Source of the DNA: Rotaria socialis
Lineage: Eukaryota
Assembly (NCBI GenBank): GCA_905331295.1
Contig: CAJNYD010000597.1
Span: 1 to 64,000 of the forward strand
DNA length: 64,000 nucleotides
Reading direction: 5' to 3'
This document shows, in pieces, positions 11,364 to 23,047 of this stretch. Numbering within the stretch: position 1 is the first letter of the stretch; the number at the start of each line of letters is the position of its first letter. The notes beneath the pieces were generated by a model. It did not search any database, was not told the origin of the DNA, and was given only the letters and a program-made list of their open reading frames with translations. Position numbers and translations under genes: made by a program.

Positions 11364-13766
11364 CACTGAAAAAAAAGAGTTCCATACGGAACTTAAAAAA
11401 GGTTCCGAGATTTGCAATGAAATAAAAGCCTTTTTTCGGTTTCGTACGGAACCGTTCCCAATAAGTATTCAAAATGGTTTTATACCTCAAATAACCTCTC
11501 CATCCGAATGCAATACCTCTGCGTTTGCACTAATACTACCATTAACGCTTCCATTACAATTCAGGCAACTATCCCTTTGTTAACAAGTTCATTTCTTAAT
11601 TTATATCTTAACTTTTAAATGTACACTTTATGTTACCCTCTTACTCTACATTTAGCCCTTATTCTGTATCCTTATTCTACATCTAACCCTTATTCTATAC
11701 CTAACCCTTATTCTATACCTAACCCTTATTCTACATCTAACCCTTATTCTATATATAACCCTTAACCTGTATCTAAATGGTTCACCGTTTAGATTTTTGT
11801 TTTACAATAATCAAGAGCAGTGTGTGAATATGGATCATCGTCAACTGATAAAAAAGATCGATTCACATCCTAAACAATCAGCAAAGTATTTTCATCTCTT
11901 CAAACTCGCGATTGTTTTTTTTCTCTGCTCGGATTGACCTAAAACGAGAAAAATTCTAATATTATAATTATACTTACCAGCGATACATTTTGTTGTGAAA
12001 AATCTAAATAGAAAAACCAAATTTCAATGGTTAATTACATATACTTACAATGGTTCTTTTTTCTCAGTTTAGATTTACCTAAAACGAGAAAAATTCTAAT
12101 GTTATCATTGTACTTGCCAATGATACATTTTGTTGTGATAAATGTAAATGGACACTATATGTTTTTATTATTTTTTGATAGTAATCGATTTTTGTCAATT
12201 GTGATCCGATGATTGTGAAGTGAAAAAACATGTTTGTTATTATGATAGTTACCGTGGATTTATTTCATGATATAAGGCCGGGAGAAAAATCGTTTGTGTG
12301 TTTGGTATTCCTAATATGAATGTTGTTAATGGAGCATACTTGCGCAAGTTAGATGATTCACTTCAAATGACTTTTCTGTATTTTGTTTCGAATTCCATCT
12401 CTACGGTCATACAGCTGATAATTGTTTCATGAGATAACGCTCATTTTCCGGCCGATGTAGTTATGACATAACGTATTCTATAGGTTTATTGTTTTTCAAG
12501 GCAAATTTAATGTAAAAATCGTAAAGAAAACGGTCACGAATAAATATATAAGTAAAAGAGTATCTAAGAAACAGCGGAAAATGTGCAAAATAGTTCTTGA
12601 AGCATTTGCTACTAGAAGTGTCTCAGTTAGAAAAGAAAGCTTCAAACTGGAAACGTTTGTATTGGTTTGCATACATTTATATAAGAAAATATATCATTAA
12701 AGGGTTCATCTATGATTTATGCAGAAGATTATGTTAGTCACATAAAATACAATACAGTCGTTTCAGCATCAACAACTTCTACATATTTGAACTTTTATGT
12801 AATAGGTACAAATTCTAGCACGATTATATTACATTCGATGAAACGTGGACAGTTTTGCATATATATTTGATTTAATATTATTATTAAATAAAAGCATTCT
12901 TGGATATATATATGCATAATGTCTACATTTTTAAATTTTTCTTTTGTGCTGCGAAGACTTTGTATACGATAAAAAGTAAAAAACAAATAATGTAAAAAAG
13001 TGGAGAATAAGAATAAGCAGTAGTGTCAAACTTGAAACTTGAATTCAACTGAAACTTCAAGTTTCAAGTTTCAAGTTTCAGGTTTGACGTTATTGCTCTG
13101 ACACTACTGCTTCCCCGGCACCCATATTAAGGGTACATATGTGTGTGTAGACAAGCGTATCTCCCTTCCCCGGCACCCACACCCTTGAAAGTTGAAAGTT
13201 GAAACTTGAAGTTTCAGTTGAATTCAAGTTTCAAGTTCGACATGTATGAGAATAAGATGAACAACGTTTGTAGTAATGCCACAATATATACGTAAAGCGT
13301 TCTACCAACTTTGTAGATAAGCAACGTGGTTCTTTGCTTGTTTCATTTATATTCGAAATATAGTGCCGTTAATAAATTATAAGTACTTCGACTATTTGCT
13401 TTTGCTTGAGGTACTTAATATTAGAAACAGTGAACTTGATGTAGAATAAGATGAGCAGCGGAAAAATAAGTGATTAGTTTTAACTTCACTCGGCAACAAA
13501 AGAAGTAATGACAGAAAGCGCCACTCTACAACTTATGTTAACCAAAAAGGATATAGGAGTATTTTACAAAACTTTGTTGAATTCCAAACCTTAAAAAGGT
13601 TTATTACGACACCTTGTTGAATCCGAAACCTTGAAAAGGTTTTTTGCAAAACCTCTGATGGAACTGAACTACTACAAGGTTTCGTGTTTCCGATCGAAAC
13701 CTTTTGAAGTATAGCAAATCACTACGAAACCTTTTAAGTTCCGCATGGAACATTTTTTTTCCAGTG
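11364..13766. mobile_element. CMC/EnSpm-type non-autonomous element, TA TSD
   Basis: About 40-bp TIRs cactgaaaaaaaagagttccatacggaacttaaaa / ttttaagttccgcatggaacattttttttccagtg. Contains an 18-bp minisatellite (11638-11776) and a ~138-bp-period direct repeat (11937-12140). Confidence 0.75.
13018..13248. mobile_element. hAT-type MITE, 8-bp TSD AGAATAAG
   Basis: CA...TG termini, inverted aaacttgaa/ttcaagttt arms, TSD at 13010-13017 and 13249-13256. Confidence 0.85.
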
Positions 13767-13814
13767 TAGTTGAATTGAGTTGATAAACATTTTACAGAGT
13801 CTACTAAACCCCTC

Positions 13815-15759
13815 TGTTAGGGTTCTCGCTCACGAAGAGCGACGAACACTTTAAACGTGTGTGTTTTATTATCTCTCTGTTTATTCTTTTAGAAAACACG
13901 TGCTTATATACGCACACGAAAGCAGAGACAAGAAAATAGAGGAAAACGGAGAGAGAAAGGAAAAGAAAAGAAAAGAAAATAGAATCGATAGAATCGAGAT
14001 ATACGCTACAGTAGAACGCACTGTAACATACTTCCTTATTGGACAAAAAAAGCTTGTTAGCGCAGCCCCTTTGGGGCTAAAATGTGGAACTCACATTTAT
14101 CGCTTTGGCTTACTAAAATAATTCACTATAGTTCAACTGAAAAATCTACCTTGATTTCCAAAACATAATTAGGTCATTGCCTATTTGCTTATGTCTGCAA
14201 TCGAGTATTAATTATTAGCTGGTATATTTAACAATGGCAGATACTAGTTTCTATGGTCTGTAATGGTACCCTAAACCAGTTACTATGGTCTGTAATGGGT
14301 AACGATTGCGTTTTTCGTGTAGTCTGTAATTAAAAAAGGAAGAAATTGCAGCCTAATTAGTCAAGCTCCTAATTAGCACATTTTTTAACTAATTAATGTG
14401 TGTAATGGGGAGGGGGTGGGGAGCAGCAAAAATCTCGCTTATAAACTTACACTCACCATTTTCTTCGAAAATATATGTGAGTTCCACAAAATGTGTTCTG
14501 CCCATATTTTTAGAAAGATATAAATAATAATGAAATCGAGAGATAGGTAATGACTAGCATCAGACGAAAAAAAATAGCAAACTACAGCGCGAAAAAATCT
14601 TTGAAAAGAAATGGTTAATACATGAAACAACAAAAACAAAATAACAAACTATATAGCACGAGAAAGTCCTTGAAAAGAAATGGTTAATAGGATGAAACAA
14701 TGAAAACAAAATGCAAATAGAAATATGAGAGAAAAACGTGTTCAGTGACACGAATTAATAACAAATATAAGAAAAGAAAGAAAAAGAAAAAGAAAAAGAA
14801 ATTCAACGTTATAACAAAAGATTTGCCTACACATACGAAAATGAACGAATATAAATCTTACGCTTTGATAGTTATATCTTGCTGGCTTTTTTTTTGGTTG
14901 ATGATTCTGGTTTGATACTGTTCAACCGCATCAACTTGTTCGTGTCCATCAAGTAAAAGCATGCATGATTTTTTCAATTTTCCATGTCTATAAAATGTAT
15001 TACGAAATCGTGTATTCTATTTCGATTCTCATTGCTGCTGTAAGAATCTGACAGAATTAATTAGTTTATTTATTTAATCAATAATAAGTTTCGCATAATA
15101 GAATATTAATTATTAATTGATATATCAAATTAAATATAATAGCCCTTCATAATCAGTGAATTGAGAATATTCACATTCCCCGATCATTCTATGCTAAATT
15201 ATATCGTATCAGGTTAATCTAATAATAATTAATTATTTCATTGAATTCGACATATTTTTTAAACGAATTTTTTCCGACAAACCATCATCGGCAACTTACG
15301 CTTGTCCGATTACTAAAATTATCATATAAATAGCTTCTTTTCTTTTATTTGAACCACTTGATTATTGAGAGAGAAAGATTCTTGTCACGAGTCTCGATTC
15401 GATAGAGGCTCTGTTTGCATTTGATAACCAACATTGTTTGTAAAAATTCGATGTAGTTCATAGACGATTTGGTTGGTTTAATCAGCAGTTCGGCCTTCCA
15501 CGGTTGCTATTAGTAGAAGAGAGTCAGGGTCGCCAAATGTTAGGGTTCTCGCTCACGAAGAGCGACGAACACTTACAACGTGTGTTTTATTATCTCTCTG
15601 TTTATTCTTTTAGAAGACACATGTTTATATACTCACACGAAAGCAGAGACAAGACAATAGAGGAAAACGGAGAGAGAAAGGAAAAGAAAAGAAAAGAGAA
15701 GAAAAGGAAAGAGAATAGATAGAAGCGAGATATACGTTACAGTAGAGCGCAGTGTAACA
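13815..15759 (-). mobile_element. Non-autonomous LTR retrotransposon (TRIM/LARD-like)
   Basis: Two similar TGT...ACA LTRs at 13815-14028 and 15538-15759. On the minus strand, PBS TGGCGACCCTGAC lies at 15535-15523 and purine tract AATAAGGAAGTA at 14040-14029. Flanks are ccctc/cccta. No gag/pol recognised. Confidence 0.8.
14052..14488 (-). mobile_element. Helentron-associated (HINE/DINE-1-like) element, copy 1
   Basis: Subterminal inverted repeats TGTGGAACTCACAT (14083-14096) / ATGTGAGTTCCACA (14475-14488), terminal hairpin AGCCCC-ttt-GGGGCT, A/T runs at both ends, no TSD. Confidence 0.7.
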
Positions 15760-16164
15760 CCCTACCGGAATAGAAAGCCGTCTTGGATCAAAAAGGGCTC
15801 CCCGATTAGAAGGCCCACCTCAAAATGTTGAGTGATTGCCTAAATAGAAGGCCTGCGCCTTATATTGTATCCACGATTTCAATTTGTTCTTTGTATGTTG
15901 TATGACTTGGAATAATAGTGATTCCCCTTGTGTGTGAGCATGTCTTTAATATAATACTGTCTCTTTTTTGTTGTCTGAATCAAATTTGTAACAGTACATT
16001 TTTCTTCATACATTTCTAATGGAAGGACCACCTAAATAGAAGGCCTCCCTAAATTTGTATTGTTCTTGGTCATTTTAGAAAGCCCGGGGCCTTTTAATCT
16101 GAGCCGGAGGGGGGAGGGTAAGGGAATTGAATTGAATTGAGTTGAATTAAGTTGAGTTGAAAAA

Positions 16165-16755
16165 GCTATTCAGTGCAGCCCCGTTGGAGCTAAAATGTGG
16201 AACTCACGTATATTCTTGAAGCCTCAATAAACCAATAAAAATGTGTAAAATGAGAAATTTCTCAGACTACACTCAAGAAAAAAGGTTCCACACGGAACTT
16301 AATTGGCAACGAAATCGAAACCTTCTTAGAGGTTTCGATGAAAGTCTACGAAACCTTCAAAATGTTTAGATTTCGTTGCAAATCTCGAAACCCTTTTAAA
16401 GTTCCGTAGCACGCACGGATCCAGTTTTGGCGCTAAAAGGTACCGCATGGAAACTTTTTTCAGTGTACTGATTTTTCAAAATAATTGATCATCACAGCAA
16501 AATCTCTCTCATTTATTTTTACATTTTCAAAAGATTATTGTATTTTAGTTGGCGCCCTTCTTTCTTTCGCATTTTCCCTTCATTTTGTTAAATTTTTTAT
16601 TCTAATTAATAATTAGCTTTTAATGTCTGTAATGGAGCGGGGGGATCTGTCTGTAATGATGGGCATGTCTGTAAGGGGAGGGGGTGGGGAGCCGCAAAAT
16701 TCGGCCCCTTAAACTTGCATTCACTATTTTCTTCAAAAATATACGTGAGTTCCAC
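16165..16755 (-). mobile_element. Helentron-associated (HINE/DINE-1-like) element, copy 2
   Basis: Same hairpin, subTIRs and ggggagggggtggggag block as 14052-14488; interrupted by a MITE. Confidence 0.7.
16270..16465. mobile_element. CMC/EnSpm-type MITE, TA TSD
   Basis: CACTC...CAGTG termini with TA on both sides; subterminal sequence related to 11364-13766. Confidence 0.75.
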
Positions 16756-17160
16756 AAAAAGTCCGACATCACTGAATTGAATTGAGATTTGCTGTTTTGA
16801 TACCTACGAATTCAATACTATGCAACTAAAAAAGCTCGAAACCTGGTTCTGGAAGATCAATGCAAATAGTATAACTAATGACATGAAAAACGAAATATCG
16901 ACTGATTTCTTTAATAATGTCTTTTTAAGGCTTTATCTCTAGGTAGCTGAATCAAACTCACGTTTCCATATGTCTCTTCCCCACAAACCACCTTATATTA
17001 TTTTCTTTGTCTCTTTATTTGGCGCACAGGAACAAGACTGCTAACTCATTCAATGACGGAAAACAACAAGAAATGCATTAACTAGAATTTCCCGAGGTAA
17101 CTGAGTCGAGTTGAATTGAATTAAATTGAATCTAATTGGGAAAAGGTTTTCGAGATCATA

Positions 17161-17411
17161 CCCAGGTCGATCATTCCGACCGTCTGAAACTACATCTTAA
17201 AAGGCATGAAACGGCTTTAAAACGGTGTAATACACCGTTAATTTCCACCTCATTTTGCCGTAATCTGTCAGCCCGTTTTACAGGTTATTTTGTTCGCTTG
17301 CAAATGACCATTGTTCTTCTTCGTTTTTGCTTCCGTAATCTGGTATGACGGGTTAAGACGTCATTTCTATACGCTTTACACCGTTCACGACGTCGTTTTC
17401 TTGGACCTCGG
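17161..17411. mobile_element. CCCAGG-family MITE, TA TSD
   Basis: Termini cccaggtc / gacctcgg flanked by TA; aaacgg/ccgttt motifs as in 7747-9106. Confidence 0.6.
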
Positions 17412-19285
17412 TAGAATTGAATTGAATTGAATTGACTGGAGAATGAATTTCATTGTCTGCGAATTGAATTTGTTATGTCAGGAGAGATATCTCCTGACAT
17501 AAGGAGACTCCATGTTGGTATGATATCATCACTGTACATCAATGGCATTCTTACTCCTCTTTTTCAATGGCTCTTTCATCATGGATAACGGACGATAAAG
17601 AATGGAATAAGAGAAAGAGAGAGAATTACATTCTTTGTTGTTTTTCTTGTTTGTAGATTCATTCGCTTGTTTGGTTTTGAAAAGAAAGAAATAAGAATAA
17701 TAAAGAAAACGGGAAAAGGACCTAACAGAATTGTATGGAGTTGAATTTTTTTTAAAGAATTGAATTGAATTGGTCCCCACTTTGAGTTGAGTTGTCAAGC
17801 TCTGCATTCACGCCGATCAGAATAGCATTCTAATCCAAAGGAAGCTGACTTTCCCCACGTCTGAGCAACACACTAGAAACTTCAACTCAACAATAAACTA
17901 AGTTTAACTATTCAATTACTGAAGTTTCACATATTCAACAATTTCAGTGTCCAGTTATTGACAATGAGCGATATCCTGTGGTCGTCTTTCTTACGTGTAC
18001 ACCGCTTTCGACAGCTACATCGTTCCTCACACCCACATCCTTGCTCCCACTCGCATATCCACACAGTTGCGAGGGCGCCGTGAGTTCAGCAGTTCCGTGG
18101 GTTTCGTGATTTCTGTTGGTTCATAACGTAAGTAAGATGTAGTATTTATAAATACTGTAGAGTTCCGAAGAGTTCAGTGAGTTCAGAACTCACGGAACCC
18201 GACCAGTGCTGGACTTTGGATACCATTGAACCTTTTAGACATCTGCAGAGCCTTTTTTCGGGTTCGGTAGAAAAAAAACGTTTTTTAGAATGCATAATTA
18301 TTGGAATAGAAAAAGAATAATTACATTTATTTATCACAGTTCCACACTCTCCATTAATGAGTTCGGTGATCCTTATATTTTCTCTCGAAAAATATACACA
18401 AGCATCGAGCGTCGTTAATAGGACTATGAAGAAAAAATTCTATGAAGATAATAATCTACTTACACTTGAAATATAATTTTCGCGTTCGATGATCGGTTGT
18501 TCAACAGTCGACTAAATTTCGAATGAATTTATAGAAGCGATTTGTGGGCTTTTTCGAACACTTTTTCTCCAATGTTGTTTACTTTATGTGAAAAACAGCA
18601 TCGGGAGTGACATGAAAAGTGTCTACTACCAAGCAAAATTGCATAGGAGTATGAAAAAAAGAAAGCTAGAAGAGAAAGAGCAATAGTCATGAGTAGGATT
18701 AATCAATGATTCATCAGAATTCTTTCGATTTCTGCCACTGATAAGTTACCCAGCGTTGTCGTCCCGTGTTATTATTCTAATGCACTTATTGGCATTCAAT
18801 GTCAACATTTCGTAATATGATTTTTTTCTTTGCAAAAAGAAAAAATAAAGAACATAAATCAAAAACAAAATGATTAGTAAATGGTGATTGGAGATGTATG
18901 GTAGATGTTGTGAATATCAGCGACCCATTTCATTCAAATTAGCCAAAAACAATTATTTTTGATAAAGCGCTTTGTAAAAGTATGATCATCTGAAATCTAA
19001 TCAACATAAAAGTGGGTGTTGTTTGTTTGAATCGATAGACAAGTCATGAAACCCTTATAACAAACAGCAGCTCCAAGTTGAAGACTGGTACTGTTTTTAT
19101 CTTCTCATAGCTAGTGTTTCAAAAAGATCCGATATTGAAATTCAATCAGACTGTTGACTACCAGGGAAAAAATCGCTCTTTGTTTTCAATGAGTATCTGG
19201 ATGATGGCAGGAGATACTTATTTCAGTCATTACTAATAGTAGACCCACATAGTTAAGGATGGATGTGAGCCTTCTTCTTCTAATG

Positions 19286-19749
19286 CACACCCACACCCAC
19301 CCACCCCCACCCACACCCGCTTATTATATAGTTGCATTTTGTGTTTTCAAAGTAGACGAAATTTCGAGCAATCAAATATTGACCGTGCAAAATAGGGTGT
19401 GGGTGTGGATTTTATATGCTAGTGTGTGCTGATTTGTGACCACTTCTAACAACAGAGTTATCGAACCACACCCACATCCTCAAGCGCTATCTTTTGATAA
19501 CAAAGGTATCTTCGTCATGAGGATAATAGAGAAGAAATTTCGAAGATACGAATAGGCCCACTCTTTATGGGACACCCGTTATTTATGGAATTTTAACATG
19601 AAATTTTGTCCGTAGATAGGTTACCCAAGACCATTTTGTGGATATGCGATATCTCAAGAAGGAAATATTCGTTTGGGCTGAAATTTTTAGAGGGTGTAGG
19701 TGTCAATAAAATACAGATTTCGACACTCACAACACCCACACCCATACCC
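19286..19749. repeat. Cluster of short (CCCACA)n/(TGTGGG)n tracts
   Basis: Tracts at 19286-19318, 19395-19408, 19466-19479 and 19733-19749. Confidence 0.6.
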
Positions 19750-20218
19750 TCAAGCAACTGATACTGATATACTTGGTCGGTCCTGGGTTGGCTTAGAGAC
19801 ATTTATGTAATTCCATGCAATCCTCTATGACATTTTCCTCCAATCTGTTCTTAATATTCAGATGCTTTATTTTGACCGATTAGTTCCTTTTTTTTCTTGA
19901 TGCAGATAATTAAATTGAAATTATATTTTTGCTGTTGTTGTGTGTACACGGTGATGATTATTTTTCTCGTTGTGTTACTTTAATGAGCTCGTTTTTTTAG
20001 TTTCCTATGGAGTCAGACAATAAATACGAAGTCAAGAATAAAGTTTCGATATATTTGGTAGATTGCTAGATTATACATAAATATTATCTAGGTGTAGGCG
20101 TCGATGTCAATAGAATATCAGCAACGACAGCCACATTCTTTTCATTTGCTATTATGTTTACTAAAGGAAAAATTAGATGAAAATACAATTGAACAGTAAA
20201 TGTATTCGATAAGAAAGC

Positions 20219-22277
20219 TTAATCTCGTTCAGCATACTGAGGTCGTCGCTGGTCTCGAACACGTGATGCTTGCTCAAAGCCATGTGCGACACGTATAAGC
20301 ATTGCTTCTGACCAAGCTGTACCAGCTATCGTCAGACCATAAGGTTCACCGTCAGATTGATGATAACCCAGCGGAACAATAATCAATGGATAACCAGCTG
20401 CTGACGCCATTATAGTCAATGGACTATCAACACGTGGCGTAATGAGGGCATCCAAATTGTGTGTAGTTAAACTGAAAGTAAAACATATGATCAACGAAAT
20501 AAAATAGAAAAGATTCATTTACGCAAGATCAATGCCCAATTGTCCACCCAATGTTCGAGTTCGATTGAGAAGACTTGATTGGTTTGCGTATGAGATATTA
20601 CTGACATTGTTGCTTAATTCGAATAAATCTTGATTAGGAGCAAATAGAGGATGAAATTCTTCATCTGCATGTTTTATATTAAATTCAATAAGGTCGGTTA
20701 AAGATCGTATCGTGGTATTGCTCAAGCCAATCAAATAATTTGCAATATCTTCCGGAAAATTAATCATGAGAAGAGACCACAAATCATCAAATGCTTGATC
20801 AGAATTAAAGCTTGAAATATTTACTGAACTGATGATTATTGCACCATAGGAGCGCATCAATTCAGTTGTTTTGTTGATGACACCCTCTAATTCTTTCGTT
20901 ACATTAATGCCTGAATTGTTTTTCTCATGTTTCTAAATTTTATTTGCAAAAAATGTTCTACGCACCTTGACGTACAATACCCAACCGAAGACCGCGTAAT
21001 CCTTCAACATCACGCAGAAATTGTGAATAATTCCTATGACGGATAGCATTTACTTGTTGTGTGGCTTCGTCACGAGCATCTTTACCTTGCATAATCTCTA
21101 GAAGTTAAAAGAAAATTCTTCTTCTTGAAAACAAGTTCTTCCATATCCATATTTCACCTAGCATTAACGCAACATCTTCGACTGTTCTACCCATGGGCCC
21201 AATCGAATCATGATAACGTGAGATTGGAATAACACCTGAACGAGATGTGAGTCCTACTGTGGGTTTTAGACCAACTATGTTTGCTACACTAGATGGTGAC
21301 ACAATGCTACCAGCTGTCTCTGTGCCAAGTCCTCCCGCACACAAACCAGCACTAACAGCAACGGCTGTACCACTACTACTTCCTGAAGGATTACCGTTAG
21401 CTACATAGGTCGAACTATCAAAAATGTAATATGAAAATAATTAGTAATGATGCAATGAAAAATTTACTTCACTGGGCCGCCTCGCGCTGACCATCCTTCC
21501 CTTGATTTATTCGTTGATCTGAAGTTGGACCATTCTGAAAGTGATGCTTTACCAAGTATAATAGCACCCGCTTGTCTCAATAGATCAACAACATGAGCAT
21601 CTCGAACTACGCGAGCTCCAATCAAAGCCAAACTACCAGCGGATGTTTGCATTTTATCATATGTTGCTGTATTATCTTTGACCAGAATTGGAATTCTATG
21701 AAGAGAAGATCTTGGTCCTGTTATTTGTCGCTCTTGATCCAGCATATTGGCTATTGTCAGTGCATCAGGATTTGTTTCTATAACAGCATAAAGTGGATGA
21801 GAGCCACGTCGATTAACTGCATCAATACGCATCAAATACCACCGAACAAGATCCGTTGATGAATAGCGACAGTTTGATAAATCTCGAGCAAGAGAAGAAA
21901 TACTAACTGCTACAAGATCTACCGGAGGAAGATGTGTATGAATCGAACATGAAATTGGACAGTGAATGATTGGTAACGAAGTTGTCAAAGTTAGAGGAAC
22001 TAAAATGGCTAGAATGAATTTTCGTTTTCAACATTTTGTATTTTACTTACTAGCTACTGTATCTCTCCTGGTGATGAACGATATAAGAAATGTGATGAGA
22101 ACTAAAATAAATACTAATACAATTAGTATTTCGAGGCGATATTTTAGCCACCATGATGTCTTTTTCACGTTTATCACGTTGCCATTAATATTAATGGCCT
22201 CGGTCGCCATTGAATCGACAATGTGAATAATCTTTTTCAATGAGATGAAGAAATCTTACCCTTTCATGTAATGCCAT
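20219..22277 (-). CDS. Amidase-signature family amidase with an N-terminal transmembrane anchor (multi-exon; start uncertain, 22277 or 22210)
   Basis: ILVKDN (Lys), NPSGSSSGTAVAVSAG and GTETAGSIVSPS (Ser) form the triad motifs; also VGLKPTVGLTSRSGVIPIS and AGYPLIIVPLG. TM segment LEILIVLVFILVLITFLISFI. GT-AG introns join the ORF-track fragments. Confidence 0.9.
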
Positions 22278-22794
22278 TTACAAAAAGTCATTGTTTATCT
22301 TCATAAACTAGACAGGTTGATTTCATATTTTATGACTGATTCGGTAACAAGTAATACCTTTTAAAAATTCAGATAATCGTTTTATTGTTGATTTTAGAAT
22401 AGTATTTACAGTGGTACGGATTTTATTCTTAAATTTTCTTTCTACGAATCACTACCTTGCGATAGAATCTCACACAACACTCTCAAACTCCTACTGGTCG
22501 ATAAGCGCTGCTTCAAAAGGAAAAACCTATAATGACTCACTTTTAAACGTACAAGGAAAAGAAGGATAGAAAAGTTTCTTTACTTCTATGCTCTGATCTA
22601 TTAACAGGGAATTACACACAAAACTGTTTGAAAATGGTTCAAAACTTCAAAGTATATGATAATATCAGACAAGATCACAATAAAAAATAAAACACCGTGC
22701 CTGAACACTTGAATTGTCACATGAAATTCACAGTTCTATCTCAGTATGGATCTTGATTAAAGATATTTTAATATTTTTCAAACTTTAAAGGGTG

Positions 22795-23047
22795 TGGTTG
22801 TGGGATATAATACATGACTCTACATGAGGATACAAATTAAAGGTTTTCACGCAGAAGATGATACTACACCTGGCCAGAAATTGTCGAAATCCGGATTTTC
22901 CGAGAATGAACTATTTTCGTACTGCAATTTTTAGTCGTATTTACACAGCTTGCGCTTTTCTACAAGGTTCCAGAAAAGAATTTATCTTTTAGAGTGTACA
23001 GCTAAAGATTTTGAAAAGAATGAAACCAGATGTATCTACTTGAGACT
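22795..23047. repeat. Dispersed repeat, direct copy at 30480-30768
   Basis: Shared blocks catgactctacatgag.atacaaatta, gatactacac, ccagaaattgtc, caatttttagtcg and ttttagagt..a.agctaaa. Confidence 0.75.

Larger units (their letters stand above)
11298..17804. mobile_element. Old hAT-like GAATT-rich element hosting several nested insertions
   Basis: Ends catagctgggcaactcaa / ttgagttgtcaagctctg are imperfect inverted repeats, with flanks cattgaac vs cattcacg (5/8). gaatt/gagtt pentamer tracts recur between the nested elements. Confidence 0.4.

Noticed and set aside
13804..15722. Similar short ORFs 13861-14121 and 15504-15722
   Set aside because: They are readings of the two LTR copies, not a gene pair.
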